Notes: generated by a model not told the origin, from the letters alone. A DNA stretch of 64,000 nt from Thermodesulfobacteriota bacterium (GCA_965226585.1 OZ245366.1:640001-704000); one strand, 5' to 3'; shown: positions 1 through 10,586, numbered from the stretch's first letter. Made by a program: numbers and translations.

Positions 1-11
1 GCGAACATTTT

Positions 12-1733
12 TTGCCGAAAACAACAAGCATTCCGTCTCTGCTGAAGAGACATAAACCTCAGCTCATCTTCGGGCTGATTGCCCTTTCGCTTGTTGACCT
101 TATTCAGATGGGAATCCCGCTTGTCATCAGGCGGGCGATTGACGCCTTTGTGCAAGGCGGACCCGATGCCGGGGCGATTGTGCGGGTTTCCGCCCTCTAC
201 ATACTCGCGATGGGTCTGGTGATGGCGGTTTTCCGGCTGGGGTGGCGATATTTCATAATGGGCTCGGCGCGCCGGATAGAGCAGAGTCTCAGAAACGAAT
301 TCTTTTCCCATCTTCAGCGTCTGCCAATATCGCAGGTAATCTCGCGCAAGGTGGGAGACCTTATGGCTCACGCCGTCAACGATATTGAAACGCTTAAATT
401 CGCGTGCGGACTTGGTGTGCTGGTTGCCTACGACGGTCTGTTTCTTCTGGTTTTTATAATGGCGGCGATGTTCTACATATCGCCCTTTGTGGCGGCGATT
501 ATGCTCGCGCCGTTTCTGCTGATGCTTGTTTTTATAATCAAAGGCGGAAGGGAGATAGAAAAACGTTTCAGAAAAACGCAGGAGTTTTTCTCCATCCTGA
601 CCGAAAGCGCGAGAAGACCGGTTCACGGCATAAAGGCGGTGAAGTCTCTCTCAATGGAGGACACGGAAGCCGGAAACTTCAGATCGTCAAGCTCAGACTA
701 TGCGCAAAGCAACATCCGCCTCGCGAAACTGTGGTCTGTGTATCAGCCCGCCATATCGCTTTGCGTCGGTATTGCGGGCGTGGTGTTTCTTTTCTTCGGC
801 GGCAGCCGCGCGATAGAGGGCTCAATAACCCTCGGAGATTTTACGGCTCTGCTTGTTTATTTGTCCATGCTTTCCTGGCCCATGATGGCGATGGGCTGGG
901 CTCAAGATATTTTGCGGCGGGGAAACTCCTCAATAAAACGGCTGAACTCCATTCTGGAGCTGGACACGGAGAGTTCCGAAGGCGGCGCGCCTGAGCCTCC
1001 GCGCGCCCCCGGCGGACTTGAGGTGCGGAGCGTGGGCATCTCGCTTGGCGGCGCGAAGGTGCTTGACGGCTGTTCGCTTGAAGCCGCGCCCGGGCAGACT
1101 GTTTGGGTAACGGGCGGAACCGGCGCGGGCAAAACCACCCTTGCCGCGATAATGGACGGCAGTCTGGAGCCGGATTCGGGTCGCGTTTTCATAGGCGGCG
1201 TTGACACCCGCCTGATGGAGAGCAGACAACTCGGAAGAAGCGTCATCCGTGTTGACCGGGACGCTTTTATATTCAGCGGCACGGTGAGGGAAAACATCAA
1301 CTTTATGAAACCGCGCACCGAGCGCGAAACGATGTCGGCGGCGGAAATATGCGGAATTACGGAAGAGATTGAGGAATTTGAAGGCGGCTTTGAATCGGTT
1401 CTGGGCGAGAGAGGACTCAACATCTCGGAAGGGCAGAAGCAGAGAATAGCGGTTGCCCGCGCCGTTGTGTTTGAGCCGTCCGTTCTGATACTTGACGACT
1501 CGCTCTCATCGGTTGACCTCTCAACGGAAGCAAAAGTGGTTGAAAATCTCCGGCGCTGGGCGGCAAATACGCAGACCGTTCTCATAATCATTTCCAGCCG
1601 CACAAACTCTTCCCGCGCGGCGGACTTCATCACGGTTCTGCACGGCGGAAAGATAGTTGAAAAGGGAACGCACGAAGAACTTGTTTCGCATGACGGCATC
1701 TACGCCGGAATGTACGGGATACAGACGGCATGA
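12..1733 (+). CDS. ABC exporter half-transporter (TMD+NBD), MdlA-like subunit of a heterodimer
   Basis: Six-TM N-terminal domain. Walker A GGTGAGKT, signature ISEGQ, degenerate Walker B (ILDD), H-loop lacking His (IISSR). ATGA overlap with the next gene. Confidence 0.9.
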   Translation: MPKTTSIPSLLKRHKPQLIFGLIALSLVDLIQMGIPLVIRRAIDAFVQGGPDAGAIVRVSALYILAMGLVMAVFRLGWRYFIMGSARRIEQSLRNEFFSHLQRLPISQVISRKVGDLMAHAVNDIETLKFACGLGVLVAYDGLFLLVFIMAAMFYISPFVAAIMLAPFLLMLVFIIKGGREIEKRFRKTQEFFSILTESARRPVHGIKAVKSLSMEDTEAGNFRSSSSDYAQSNIRLAKLWSVYQPAISLCVGIAGVVFLFFGGSRAIEGSITLGDFTALLVYLSMLSWPMMAMGWAQDILRRGNSSIKRLNSILELDTESSEGGAPEPPRAPGGLEVRSVGISLGGAKVLDGCSLEAAPGQTVWVTGGTGAGKTTLAAIMDGSLEPDSGRVFIGGVDTRLMESRQLGRSVIRVDRDAFIFSGTVRENINFMKPRTERETMSAAEICGITEEIEEFEGGFESVLGERGLNISEGQKQRIAVARAVVFEPSVLILDDSLSSVDLSTEAKVVENLRRWAANTQTVLIIISSRTNSSRAADFITVLHGGKIVEKGTHEELVSHDGIYAGMYGIQTA

Positions 1734-3619
1734 ACGGAAGCATGGGTGAAAAAAGCGTGTTCCGCGCAATGCGCGACAGGGAAATGCTGTCGTGGCTGTT
1801 CGGGTTTGTGAGGCGGCGGCTTGTGTTTCTCGGAGCGGCTTTTGTTCTGATGACGCTTACCGCCGCGCTTGAGATTGCGGTTCCCTACATAGCCGCGCAA
1901 GCGGTTGACAGGCACATATCGCTTTTGTGGGCAAAGAGCCCGGAAGGCGGCTTTGTGGAACTTTCGTCTCCCGAACTGGTGAGGCAATACGCCCGCCCGG
2001 ATGCTCCGGCGGAAAGGTATTTCGCCGTCAACCCCTCAGACCCCGAAACCTCTGAAATAGCGCGAAAACACTCCCGCCTGTTTGAGCAGGCAGAAGGCGG
2101 AGAGTTTATATCAGGCGGCAACCTGCTTTCCTTAAAAGACGGCGACATAAAAACCCTCAGGGCGGGTGATGTCAGGGGGGTGTTGCGCCTCGCGATTCTG
2201 ATGGGTGTTTGCGTGGCAGGAATATTCGTGATGTCTTCGCTTTCAAACTATCTGCTTAAGGTTTCGGGAGAGCGGATAATTCACGACATAAGGTCGGGCA
2301 CTTTCAGCCGCGTGATGCTTCTGCCTCAAAAGTTTTTCGACCTGAACTCAACCGGCGTTATCGCGACCCGAGTTACCAACGACTTGAACTCCATAAGCGA
2401 CATGTATTCGTCCGTGCTTGTTCAGACCGTCAAAGACCTGTTTGTTTTCGCGGGAGTTGCCGTTGTTATGTTCCGCCTTGACTACCACCTTGCCCTGATG
2501 ATGGTTGCCATAGTCGCGGCGGCGGCGGTTGTGGCGCATCTTTTCCGCGCCCGCCTGAGGTTTTCGCACCGCAAGATACGGCGGTCAATAGCGAGGCTCA
2601 ACTCTTTTGTGCAGGAAAGCATCAGGGGAATCCGCATCATCAAAGATTACGGCAGGGAAGACGCCAATCTTCACAGATTTGAAAAGACGAACAAGGGGAA
2701 CTTTCTCGCGAATATGGAGCAGTTGTGGGTGTACGTGGTTTTCCGTCCTTTTATGGAATATGCGGCAATCGCGGCGGTGGGGGTGATAATCTGGCACGGA
2801 GGCGTGGGCGTTATAGACGGCAGGTTCACAGCGGGAACGCTTATCGCTTTTCTCTACTACGCGAGAATGATGTTCAGACCCGTCCTTGAGGTGTCTGAAA
2901 AATACAACATACTCCAGTCCGCCATCGCGGCAACGGAAAACCTTTACGACATAAACACGGTTGAGCCCGAACGCGCGGGAGACCTGAAGCCGCCCGCCGT
3001 GAAAGGAGGCGAGATTGAGTTTCACAACGTCTGGTTTTCCTACGGGGGCGGCAAGTGGGCTCTTAAAGATGTTTCCTTCAAAGTTCCCGCGGGCAAATGG
3101 GTGGCGATAGTCGGGCTTACGGGGTCGGGCAAATCAACCATATTCAACCTGATATTCCGCCTGTATGAACCGCAGAGGGGCAAAATAACTTTTGACGGCG
3201 AAGACATTGCGGACATTGACCTGAAGTGGCTCAGAAACCGCATCGCGCCGGTGTTTCAGGAGAGAAAGGAGTATGAGAAAAAAGATGGTTCCTCTTCGCG
3301 CTTTCTGTCATCCGGGCAAGAGCAGGTGCGCAATATTGAGGAGGTTCTGTCCAAAGACCCCTCGGTGGTGATTATGGATGAGGCAACATCCAACATGGAC
3401 GCGAAAACGGAGGTCGAGACGGTTGCCGAGGTGAGGGAAAACGCGCGGCGCAGGGGCTTCACCCTGATAACAATAGCGCACCGGCTTTCAAGCGTCAGAG
3501 AGGCGGACTCCATTATCGTTGTCAACAAGGGTGTTATAGCGGAATCGGGAACGCACTCCGAACTTGACGGGGCGCGCGGCGTTTACCATTCGCTCAGGCG
3601 TTTCGCGCGCGGCGCGTGA
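1730..3619 (+). CDS. ABC exporter half-transporter (TMD+NBD), MdlB-like partner subunit
   Basis: TMD plus Walker A GLTGSGKS, LSSGQ, Walker B IMDEAT, IAHRLS. The helical subdomain is shortened. Confidence 0.9.
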   Translation: MNGSMGEKSVFRAMRDREMLSWLFGFVRRRLVFLGAAFVLMTLTAALEIAVPYIAAQAVDRHISLLWAKSPEGGFVELSSPELVRQYARPDAPAERYFAVNPSDPETSEIARKHSRLFEQAEGGEFISGGNLLSLKDGDIKTLRAGDVRGVLRLAILMGVCVAGIFVMSSLSNYLLKVSGERIIHDIRSGTFSRVMLLPQKFFDLNSTGVIATRVTNDLNSISDMYSSVLVQTVKDLFVFAGVAVVMFRLDYHLALMMVAIVAAAAVVAHLFRARLRFSHRKIRRSIARLNSFVQESIRGIRIIKDYGREDANLHRFEKTNKGNFLANMEQLWVYVVFRPFMEYAAIAAVGVIIWHGGVGVIDGRFTAGTLIAFLYYARMMFRPVLEVSEKYNILQSAIAATENLYDINTVEPERAGDLKPPAVKGGEIEFHNVWFSYGGGKWALKDVSFKVPAGKWVAIVGLTGSGKSTIFNLIFRLYEPQRGKITFDGEDIADIDLKWLRNRIAPVFQERKEYEKKDGSSSRFLSSGQEQVRNIEEVLSKDPSVVIMDEATSNMDAKTEVETVAEVRENARRRGFTLITIAHRLSSVREADSIIVVNKGVIAESGTHSELDGARGVYHSLRRFARGA

Positions 3620-3625
3620 TTTGTT

Positions 3626-4402
3626 TCAAAGAACGCCGAAAAGTTTCAGCCCCGAAAGCACAAGGGCGGCGACAATAAAATACCGCACTATTCCCGCGCC
3701 TTTTTTGACGGACATCTTCGCCCCCCACCATCCCCCGAGCGCGGAACCGGCGGCGAGGTTGAGACCCTTGAATATGTCAACATTTCCGAAAAAGAAGAAT
3801 ATGCACAAGGCGGGAGCCGTGTAGATCATCACGATAAAAACCTTCCGCGCGTTGACCGAAGCGATGCTTCCCCCGGCGAGATGAAAGAGAATCGCCATTA
3901 TCACGATGCCGATTCCCACCTGTATAAACCCTCCGTAAAATCCGGTCGCCGCAAGACCGAGGTAGAGAAGCCACCTTCTTTCCTTTTTGATGCTTTCCGC
4001 CCTCGCCGCGAGAGACGGAAGAAACATGGAAACCGCGATAACGATAATCAGCACAGCCGTGATTTGTTTGAACAGAAGGTCGTCAATGGTTACGGCCGTG
4101 AGAACACCGCACACCATTCCGGGCAGGGTGAAGAGAGAGTATTTAAGCGATTCACGCATATCCGCGCCCGTGTTTTCCGAGGAGAATGACGCGGACGCCG
4201 AGATGTTCTGAATCAGAATGGAGAGCCGGTTTGTTCCGTTCGCTTCCGCGCCGTCCAGCCCTGAAAATATAAGCGCGGGCAGAGTGAGAGCGGAGCCGCT
4301 TCCCGCCATAACGTTGATAACTCCCGCCGCAATGCCAACCAGAAAAAGAAGCGCGGGCGCGACAAACGGCGCGTAGGTTCCCGCAGACAGAATCTCCGTC
4401 AT
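3626..4402 (-). CDS. Sulfite exporter TauE/SafE (TSUP) family membrane protein
   Basis: AGVINVMAGSGSALTLP, ANGTNR and GFYGGFIQVGIG motifs; about 8 TM segments. Confidence 0.85.
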   Translation of the reverse strand: MTEILSAGTYAPFVAPALLFLVGIAAGVINVMAGSGSALTLPALIFSGLDGAEANGTNRLSILIQNISASASFSSENTGADMRESLKYSLFTLPGMVCGVLTAVTIDDLLFKQITAVLIIVIAVSMFLPSLAARAESIKKERRWLLYLGLAATGFYGGFIQVGIGIVIMAILFHLAGGSIASVNARKVFIVMIYTAPALCIFFFFGNVDIFKGLNLAAGSALGGWWGAKMSVKKGAGIVRYFIVAALVLSGLKLFGVL

Positions 4403-5121
4403 TGCGCTGCTCTCAAGTGCTCAACGCCTTCGGGTTTTGAAACCATTAAGTCCGTTGTTGTTGTGAGAAAAAGTCCGTGCTCAACAATTCCCGCTCTCCA
4501 CACAAGGGATTCCGCGATAATTTTCAGGTCGTATATGGGACCGAAGTTGCAGTCAATGATGTAGTTTTTCCCGTCTGTTTTGAATATCCCGCCGTCCTCA
4601 TCCCGTCTCAAATCCATTGAGGCGGCGCCGAGCGAAAGCACGAACCTCTGCACGGGTCTGACGGCGAACGGGACAACCTCAACCGGAAGGCGGCATCGAG
4701 TTCCCAGCTTTTCAGACACCTTGTTTTTGTCAACAACCACGATATTTCTCAAACTTTCCTGCGCCACTATTTTCTCTCTCAGCAGCGCACCGCCTCCCCC
4801 CTTTATAACGTTGAAGTTGCGGTCAACCTCATCCGCGCCGTCTATTGTTATGTCTATCGCGGAGTCACGCGAGAACTGCGCCAGTTTGAGTCCGAGCGAT
4901 TTCGCGTGCGCCGCGGTCGCTATGGAACTTGGTATGAAGGTTACGTTCTGAATCTGCCCCGCGCGCACACGCGAGGCGAGGTCGTCAATTGCGAAGGTGG
5001 CGGCTCTTCCGGTTCCCAGCCCGACAACCATTCCGGACGACACAAAATCCGCCGCCATTGAAGCGGCTTTCCGGACTCCGTTCATCTCGGGGCTCTGCTG
5101 TCCTTTGCGGGGGGTCGCCAT
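4399..5121 (-). CDS. rpiA: Ribose-5-phosphate isomerase A (start uncertain: 5121, 5130 or 5172)
   Basis: VGLGTG, IDGADEVD, IKGGGGALLREK, LPVEV and GIVEHGLF motifs. Confidence 0.95.
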   Translation of the reverse strand: MATPRKGQQSPEMNGVRKAASMAADFVSSGMVVGLGTGRAATFAIDDLASRVRAGQIQNVTFIPSSIATAAHAKSLGLKLAQFSRDSAIDITIDGADEVDRNFNVIKGGGGALLREKIVAQESLRNIVVVDKNKVSEKLGTRCRLPVEVVPFAVRPVQRFVLSLGAASMDLRRDEDGGIFKTDGKNYIIDCNFGPIYDLKIIAESLVWRAGIVEHGLFLTTTTDLMVSKPEGVEHLRAAQ

Positions 5122-5201
5122 TGGTATCATCCGCCGCCGTAATAATACTCTAAAATTTCTCAAAGTCGGCAAAAACCTCCGGGCAATTTCCGCCCGCTTT
5201 T

Positions 5202-6929
5202 TTATGAAGCGTCTATGCCGAGCAGTTTCGATGCCTTCGCGATAGCGTCCGCCGCCCCAGCGGGCGATGTTATCTGAACAACCTTTCTTCCCGCATTTTC
5301 AAGGGCTTCCCTGTCGCCAAGCATCTGGGCATTTTTGAGAATTTCAAAAGACGCGCCGCTGTGCGGGGAGGCGGGAATCGCGACATCTTTCGCGCACGCG
5401 CCGCCTATCTGAATGAAAAACCCCTTGCCGCCGTCTCCCTTGTGTATCTGTCCCGAAGAGTGGAGATACGCGGGGCCGATATCCGCCGTAACCGTAACGC
5501 CGAAGGTTTGTGAAAGGGCGGCGCGAAATTTCTCCATCGCGAGGCGGTTTTTTTCATCCGCGCCGTCAAAAAATGCCTGAACGCAGAAGTATCCGTCCTC
5601 TCTTTTTTCTGCGGCGTTTTTCTCAAAATACGGACGAAAGCCGTCTGCGTCCGTCAGCTTTTCAGTCGCGCTGAATTCTGCTCCGCCGTCTGTGAAGTCC
5701 GGGGCGGGAAACGGCAGAGAGCCTTCCCGCGAGTGGATTTCCATAAACCTTCTCGCCTGCGCTTTGGCGTTTTCAACATCGGGCTGGTCAAACGGATTGA
5801 CTCCCCACATCGCCCCCGCAATCGCGACCGCCGTTTCCCAGCGGAATATTTCGCCCCCGAGCCCTTGCTTGCCATCCACAACCGTTATCACAACCGGAAC
5901 CCCCGAATCCGCAGTTTCTTTTGCCCGCGCAAAAGTTTCCTCATCGTTTTTCAGACAGACAAAAAACGCGCCGCCGAACTTTTCCCTTCCGCCCTCAGGA
6001 AGCGGGTGGGCAACCGGCAGAACAGCCGCGCCGTCTTTTCCCAGGCTCTCTCCGACTATCTGCTCAACAAATCTGTCAAATCCCGCTATCCCGTCCGAAC
6101 AGCGCACGTAGAACTTTCCGTTTCCCCTTTTGCAGAAAAGGTCAACCGCCACGGCGAGCCGCAGGGCTGTGTTGCAGTTCGCGCCTCCGGTTTCCGTTCC
6201 CTTCACCCGCGCAGACATATTTCTCGCGCTTGAAAGTATCGCGCCAATATCCGCCCCGATTGCGGCTGAGGGAACCATTCCGAAAACGGAAAGGGGGGAA
6301 AACCGCCCGCCGACCGTTTCGTCTCCCTCAAAAATCGCGCCGAAACCTCTTTCCCTCGCGCTTTCAAAAAGCGGCGTGCCGGGGTCGGTTATGGCGGCAA
6401 ACCTTTCCGCCGCCCTCTGTTCTCCAATCGCTTTTGAGCACTCGTCAAAAAAGAAATTTGCCACCGAATCCGTCTCAACGGTTTTTCCCGATTTTGATGA
6501 AGCGATAAAAAAAGTTTTTTCAAAATCAGTTTTCTCAAGAGAGCCGGCAATGGTGTCTGAGACCGTTGTGTCGAGCACCTCAAGGCGCGGCGATTTTTCC
6601 GATAAGAACGCGCCGCCGAAAACCTTTGACATAAGCGCGGAGCCGCCCATCGCGGCAAGCGTTACCCGTGTTGCCCCCGCTTCCCTCACGCGCCGGGAGA
6701 ACCGCTCAATCTCCGGCAGTTTCCGCGCGGTGTTTTCGGGAAGGTCAAGCCATCCGAGACGGTTTTTTATAAGTTCCTGCGAGCCCTTCCACACCGAACT
6801 GTCGCGCCGCCACAGGGCGGCGGCGATTTTTCCGGGCACGGGGTTTTTTAGCGATTTTTCAAGGTCGTCCGCGGCGGCGGCGGGGATTTCAATATAGTCC
6901 GGCGGAAGCAAGGAGGTTTTTCCCGTCAT
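5202..6929 (-). CDS. pgi: Glucose-6-phosphate isomerase (type seen in Tal-Pgi fusions)
   Basis: RLGWLDLP, MGGS, SSKSGKTVET, GGRFSPLS, ESLGK, NPFDQPDVENAK and YLHSSGQIHKG motifs. Confidence 0.85.
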   Translation of the reverse strand: MTGKTSLLPPDYIEIPAAAADDLEKSLKNPVPGKIAAALWRRDSSVWKGSQELIKNRLGWLDLPENTARKLPEIERFSRRVREAGATRVTLAAMGGSALMSKVFGGAFLSEKSPRLEVLDTTVSDTIAGSLEKTDFEKTFFIASSKSGKTVETDSVANFFFDECSKAIGEQRAAERFAAITDPGTPLFESARERGFGAIFEGDETVGGRFSPLSVFGMVPSAAIGADIGAILSSARNMSARVKGTETGGANCNTALRLAVAVDLFCKRGNGKFYVRCSDGIAGFDRFVEQIVGESLGKDGAAVLPVAHPLPEGGREKFGGAFFVCLKNDEETFARAKETADSGVPVVITVVDGKQGLGGEIFRWETAVAIAGAMWGVNPFDQPDVENAKAQARRFMEIHSREGSLPFPAPDFTDGGAEFSATEKLTDADGFRPYFEKNAAEKREDGYFCVQAFFDGADEKNRLAMEKFRAALSQTFGVTVTADIGPAYLHSSGQIHKGDGGKGFFIQIGGACAKDVAIPASPHSGASFEILKNAQMLGDREALENAGRKVVQITSPAGAADAIAKASKLLGIDAS

Positions 6930-8920
6930 TTTTTCCCCGTAAGTTTTTTCGCGATTGAAAAAATGTTTTCACTCTCAAACCCGAACTCCTTCATCACATC
7001 GCCCGAAGGAGCGGACTCACCGAAACTGTCAATTCCCAGAGAGAAGGTTTTTTCTCCCGCGCCCGTGTGTCTTTCCCATCCGAGAGTTGACGCCGCTTCA
7101 ACGGACAGCCGCGTTTTGACGCCCGGAGGCAGAACGCTGTCTTTGTATTCCCGCGGCTGTCTGTCAAAAATCTCCCAGCTTGGCATGCTCACCACCCGTG
7201 AGTTGACGCCCGCCTTGAGAAGCATCTTGTGCGCTTCCACGCACGGGGCGACCTCAGAGCCGGTCGCGATGATTATAATGTCCGGAGAGTTTTGAGAGTC
7301 TGCGGTGATATACGCTCCCTTTTCCGCTCCTCCGTTTCCGTCTTCCGGGGGTTCAAGTGTTTCAACATTCTGGCGCGTGAGAAGAAGCGCGGCGGGTCTG
7401 CGGGATTCAACCATAACGCGCCACAACGCGCTCAGCTCGTTTCCGTCTGCGGGCCTTATCACATCCAGACCGGGCACCGCCCTGAGAGCGGCGATATGCT
7501 CAACGGGCTGATGCGTGGGACCGTCTTCACCGACACCGATGCTGTCGTGCGAAAACACGTAGACAACCGGCTGTTTCATAAGAGCCGAAAGCCGCAGGGC
7601 GGGTTTCAAGTAGTCGGAAAAAACGAAGTAGCAAGATGCGTAGGGCCTGAGTCCGCTGAGGGCGAGCCCGTTACAGAAAGCCGCCATTGAGTGCTCGCGC
7701 ACGCCGAAGTGAAAGTTTCTTCCGCTTCTGTCATCCGCGCTGAAATATCCGGCGTTTTTGACATTGGTTTTTGTGGAGTCCGAAACATCCGCCGAGCCGC
7801 CCGCGAACCAGGGGATTTTTCCGCTTATCTCCTCCATTATTTTGCCGTTGCATGACCTTGTCGCGGATGAGGTTCCGGGCTCAAAAACCGGCAGGCCGTC
7901 CGCCCAGCCCCCGGGAGCAGACCCTTCGCAGATTGAACGAAACTCCGCCGCCGCGCCGGGATACTCCGCGGAATATTTTTCAAACATCTCCGTCCACTGT
8001 TTTTCAGCGTTCTTTCCTTTTTCAATCACACTCTTGCGGTACGCCTCAACCTCAGGCGGCGTGTGAAACTCCTCATCCGCCGCCCCGTACGATTTTTTTG
8101 CGAGAGACACTTCGTCTTTTCCAAGCGGAGCCCCGTGCGCCGCCGGGCTGTCTTCTTTGCCGGGGCTTCCGAAACCGATTTTGCTTTTGACATTTACAAG
8201 GGAAGGCCGCTTGCTTGCCGCCGCGCTCTTGTAGGCGTTTCTCAGGCTTTCAATGTTGTTCGCGTCTTCCACGCTGAACACTTCCCATCCGTAGGCGGCA
8301 AACCTTTCCGGCACGTTTTCAGAAAAAGAAATTCCGGTTCTGCCGTCAATCGTTATGCCGTTGTCGTCATATATCCACACGAGGTTGTCAAGGTTCAAGT
8401 GCGCCGCCAGAGACGCCGCTTCGGAGGTGATTCCCTCCATCATATCCCCGTCGCTCAGGATGGCGAAAACGTTGTAGCCCGCCACGGGAAATCCCGGTTT
8501 GTCAAAGCGGTTTGAAAGCCATTTGCCCGCCGCCGCCATTCCCGCCGAAGTTGCCGCGCCCTGTCCGAGAGGTCCCGTTGTTGTCTCAATGCCGGCGATA
8601 AGTCCGTGTTCGGGATGACCGGCGCATTTTCCGCCCAGTTGTCTGAAGTTTTTTATGTCTTCAATGGAAACCTCGTATCCCGATATGTGGAGAATGGAAT
8701 AGAGAAGCATGGACGCATGCCCGGCGGAAAGCACAAAGCGGTCGCGCGCCTGCCACGACGGGTTGAGAGGGTTGTGTCTGATAAAACTGTCCCACAGTTC
8801 AAAGGCGACCGGAGCCAGAGCCATGGGTGTTCCGGGATGCCCGGACTGTGCCTTTTCCACGGCATCCATGGAGAGGGTTCTTATGCAGTTGACTATTTTT
8901 TCCGCGATTTTTGTTTCCAT
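6926..8920 (-). CDS. tkt: Transketolase
   Basis: SGHPGTPM, RDRFVLSAGHASMLLY, TTGPLGQG, DGDMMEG and HDSIGVGEDGPTHQPVE motifs. Confidence 0.98.
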   Translation of the reverse strand: METKIAEKIVNCIRTLSMDAVEKAQSGHPGTPMALAPVAFELWDSFIRHNPLNPSWQARDRFVLSAGHASMLLYSILHISGYEVSIEDIKNFRQLGGKCAGHPEHGLIAGIETTTGPLGQGAATSAGMAAAGKWLSNRFDKPGFPVAGYNVFAILSDGDMMEGITSEAASLAAHLNLDNLVWIYDDNGITIDGRTGISFSENVPERFAAYGWEVFSVEDANNIESLRNAYKSAAASKRPSLVNVKSKIGFGSPGKEDSPAAHGAPLGKDEVSLAKKSYGAADEEFHTPPEVEAYRKSVIEKGKNAEKQWTEMFEKYSAEYPGAAAEFRSICEGSAPGGWADGLPVFEPGTSSATRSCNGKIMEEISGKIPWFAGGSADVSDSTKTNVKNAGYFSADDRSGRNFHFGVREHSMAAFCNGLALSGLRPYASCYFVFSDYLKPALRLSALMKQPVVYVFSHDSIGVGEDGPTHQPVEHIAALRAVPGLDVIRPADGNELSALWRVMVESRRPAALLLTRQNVETLEPPEDGNGGAEKGAYITADSQNSPDIIIIATGSEVAPCVEAHKMLLKAGVNSRVVSMPSWEIFDRQPREYKDSVLPPGVKTRLSVEAASTLGWERHTGAGEKTFSLGIDSFGESAPSGDVMKEFGFESENIFSIAKKLTGKK

Positions 8921-8998
8921 TCCGGTTTCCGGTTGTCAGACTCCGAAGCATATACCAAATCATATTTTTCCCAAAAAAAGAAAATTTTTTTTGCCCCC

Positions 8999-9026
8999 TT
9001 CACTATTCCGCAAATCAGTTTATAAT
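8999..9026 (+). promoter_or_regulatory. Putative sigma70 promoter for the 9125-11519 pair
   Basis: TTCACT-N16-TATAAT in the AT-rich divergent intergenic region; RBS GGAGGT at about 9111. Confidence 0.5.
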
Positions 9027-9124
9027 GAGGCCACTGGGCAGAACGCCCGGCGCGTCATAAAGCAAGGTTTCTAATCCGTGTTTTTGAATGTCAGCAGCAA
9101 TTATTATGTTGGAGGTGTGTTGGA

Positions 9125-10570
9125 TTGAGCAAGTTACCTGACCCGTTGGATTACACTTTTGAGTGGCCGGTTTTTCCCAAGGATGAGACTGAAAGGGAGT
9201 TGAGGATATCTGAGGTCGCCATGAGAGAAGGGGCGGACGGATTTCCGGATTCGGAATCCACTATCCTCTCAATGACCGAGAACGAAATTATAGGCAGAAT
9301 CAGGCGGTTCTACGTTGCGGTTCTGGAAGGCGTATCAAACAAGTTTATCAAACTGGGCGAGGAGACCGCCAACATAAAACTTTTCCTTGAGCGGTTCAAT
9401 CTGGAGCAGATGCCCATACAATTGAAGGGAAAGGTTGAGAGTGTGTTCACAGAATCAAGCGTGGATATCAAAACTCTCGGCGAGCAGGCGAAGATAGCAT
9501 CCAAAGACCTTGAACTCTTCAGGCAGGAAAACGGGCTGGTAAGGGAGCCGGTTTACTCCGAAGATTGGAGATCAAAATGGGGTGTGCTTTTTCTTGCCGC
9601 CCTGTTCTTCCTTGAGGTCGGTCTGAACGGAGCCCTTGTCAGCACCGTTGTGGACGGGCTTATCGCGGGAATTTCAGTTTCCACAACAGTTGCGGTTTTG
9701 AATGTCATACTTTCATTCACAGTGGGCAAGTCTCTTCTTCCCGAGTTGAACAAAAAGGGGAACACGATAACGAAATGGATGGCGGCGGCAGGCTGTCTTC
9801 TTCACGTTATGGTCATCATATATCTGAACCTTGTGTTCGGTGTTTTCAGAAGTTCCGCCATAGACGCCAGAAACGTAAGGTCATGGGAAATCTCCGAAGG
9901 CACAACGGGCGAGGCGCTGGTAAGTTCGCTCAAACCCTGGGAAAGCTTGTCGCAAATATCGGACATTCCGTCCCTGTTTGTTATCGGCATCGGTTTTGTT
10001 TTCGCCATTCTGGCTCTGCTTGACGGATACAACTATGACGACCCGTACCCCGGTTACGGAACAGTCCACAGAAAATTCACGAGCACCTTCGGGCGTTTTG
10101 AGACCGCGAAGAAGGGACTCACGGACACAATACTCAGGGTTGTCCATCAGGACTGCGACAAAATGGAGAGCAAGATTAACGAGTTTGAAGCCAGACTTAT
10201 GCGCTGGGGGACGATACAGAACGTTGCGCAGCAGCAGTTTGCAAGCTACGTGTCGTGGATAAGCCAGATAGAGCAGGATGCCAACAAATTCCTCAACGAC
10301 TACAGGGCGGCGAACATAAGGGGCAGGCATTCAAGTTACAGCACCAAAAGGGCTCCCGCATATTTTGACTCAAAATGGACTTTCTCCGAGCAGGAGAAAA
10401 ACCCGGCAAAAACCTTCTCGCACCTGACGCAACTCATCAACTCAGACAGAGCGGCGTTTGAGAACAAAACCGTTCAGACCCAGCAGGAAATGAATTCGGT
10501 TCGTGATGAGTGCGTGAACAACCTTAGAAGGTTTATACAAAGTGTTGATGAAGAATTTGAAAAAAAATAA
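9125..10570 (+). CDS. Uncharacterised membrane protein (about 4 TM flanked by long helical/coiled-coil regions)
   Basis: 481-aa ORF with a strong RBS; central hydrophobic segments; DDPYPGYG motif after the last TM. Confidence 0.75.
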   Translation: MSKLPDPLDYTFEWPVFPKDETERELRISEVAMREGADGFPDSESTILSMTENEIIGRIRRFYVAVLEGVSNKFIKLGEETANIKLFLERFNLEQMPIQLKGKVESVFTESSVDIKTLGEQAKIASKDLELFRQENGLVREPVYSEDWRSKWGVLFLAALFFLEVGLNGALVSTVVDGLIAGISVSTTVAVLNVILSFTVGKSLLPELNKKGNTITKWMAAAGCLLHVMVIIYLNLVFGVFRSSAIDARNVRSWEISEGTTGEALVSSLKPWESLSQISDIPSLFVIGIGFVFAILALLDGYNYDDPYPGYGTVHRKFTSTFGRFETAKKGLTDTILRVVHQDCDKMESKINEFEARLMRWGTIQNVAQQQFASYVSWISQIEQDANKFLNDYRAANIRGRHSSYSTKRAPAYFDSKWTFSEQEKNPAKTFSHLTQLINSDRAAFENKTVQTQQEMNSVRDECVNNLRRFIQSVDEEFEKK

Positions 10571-10586
10571 TCTACCCGGAGTGGCA

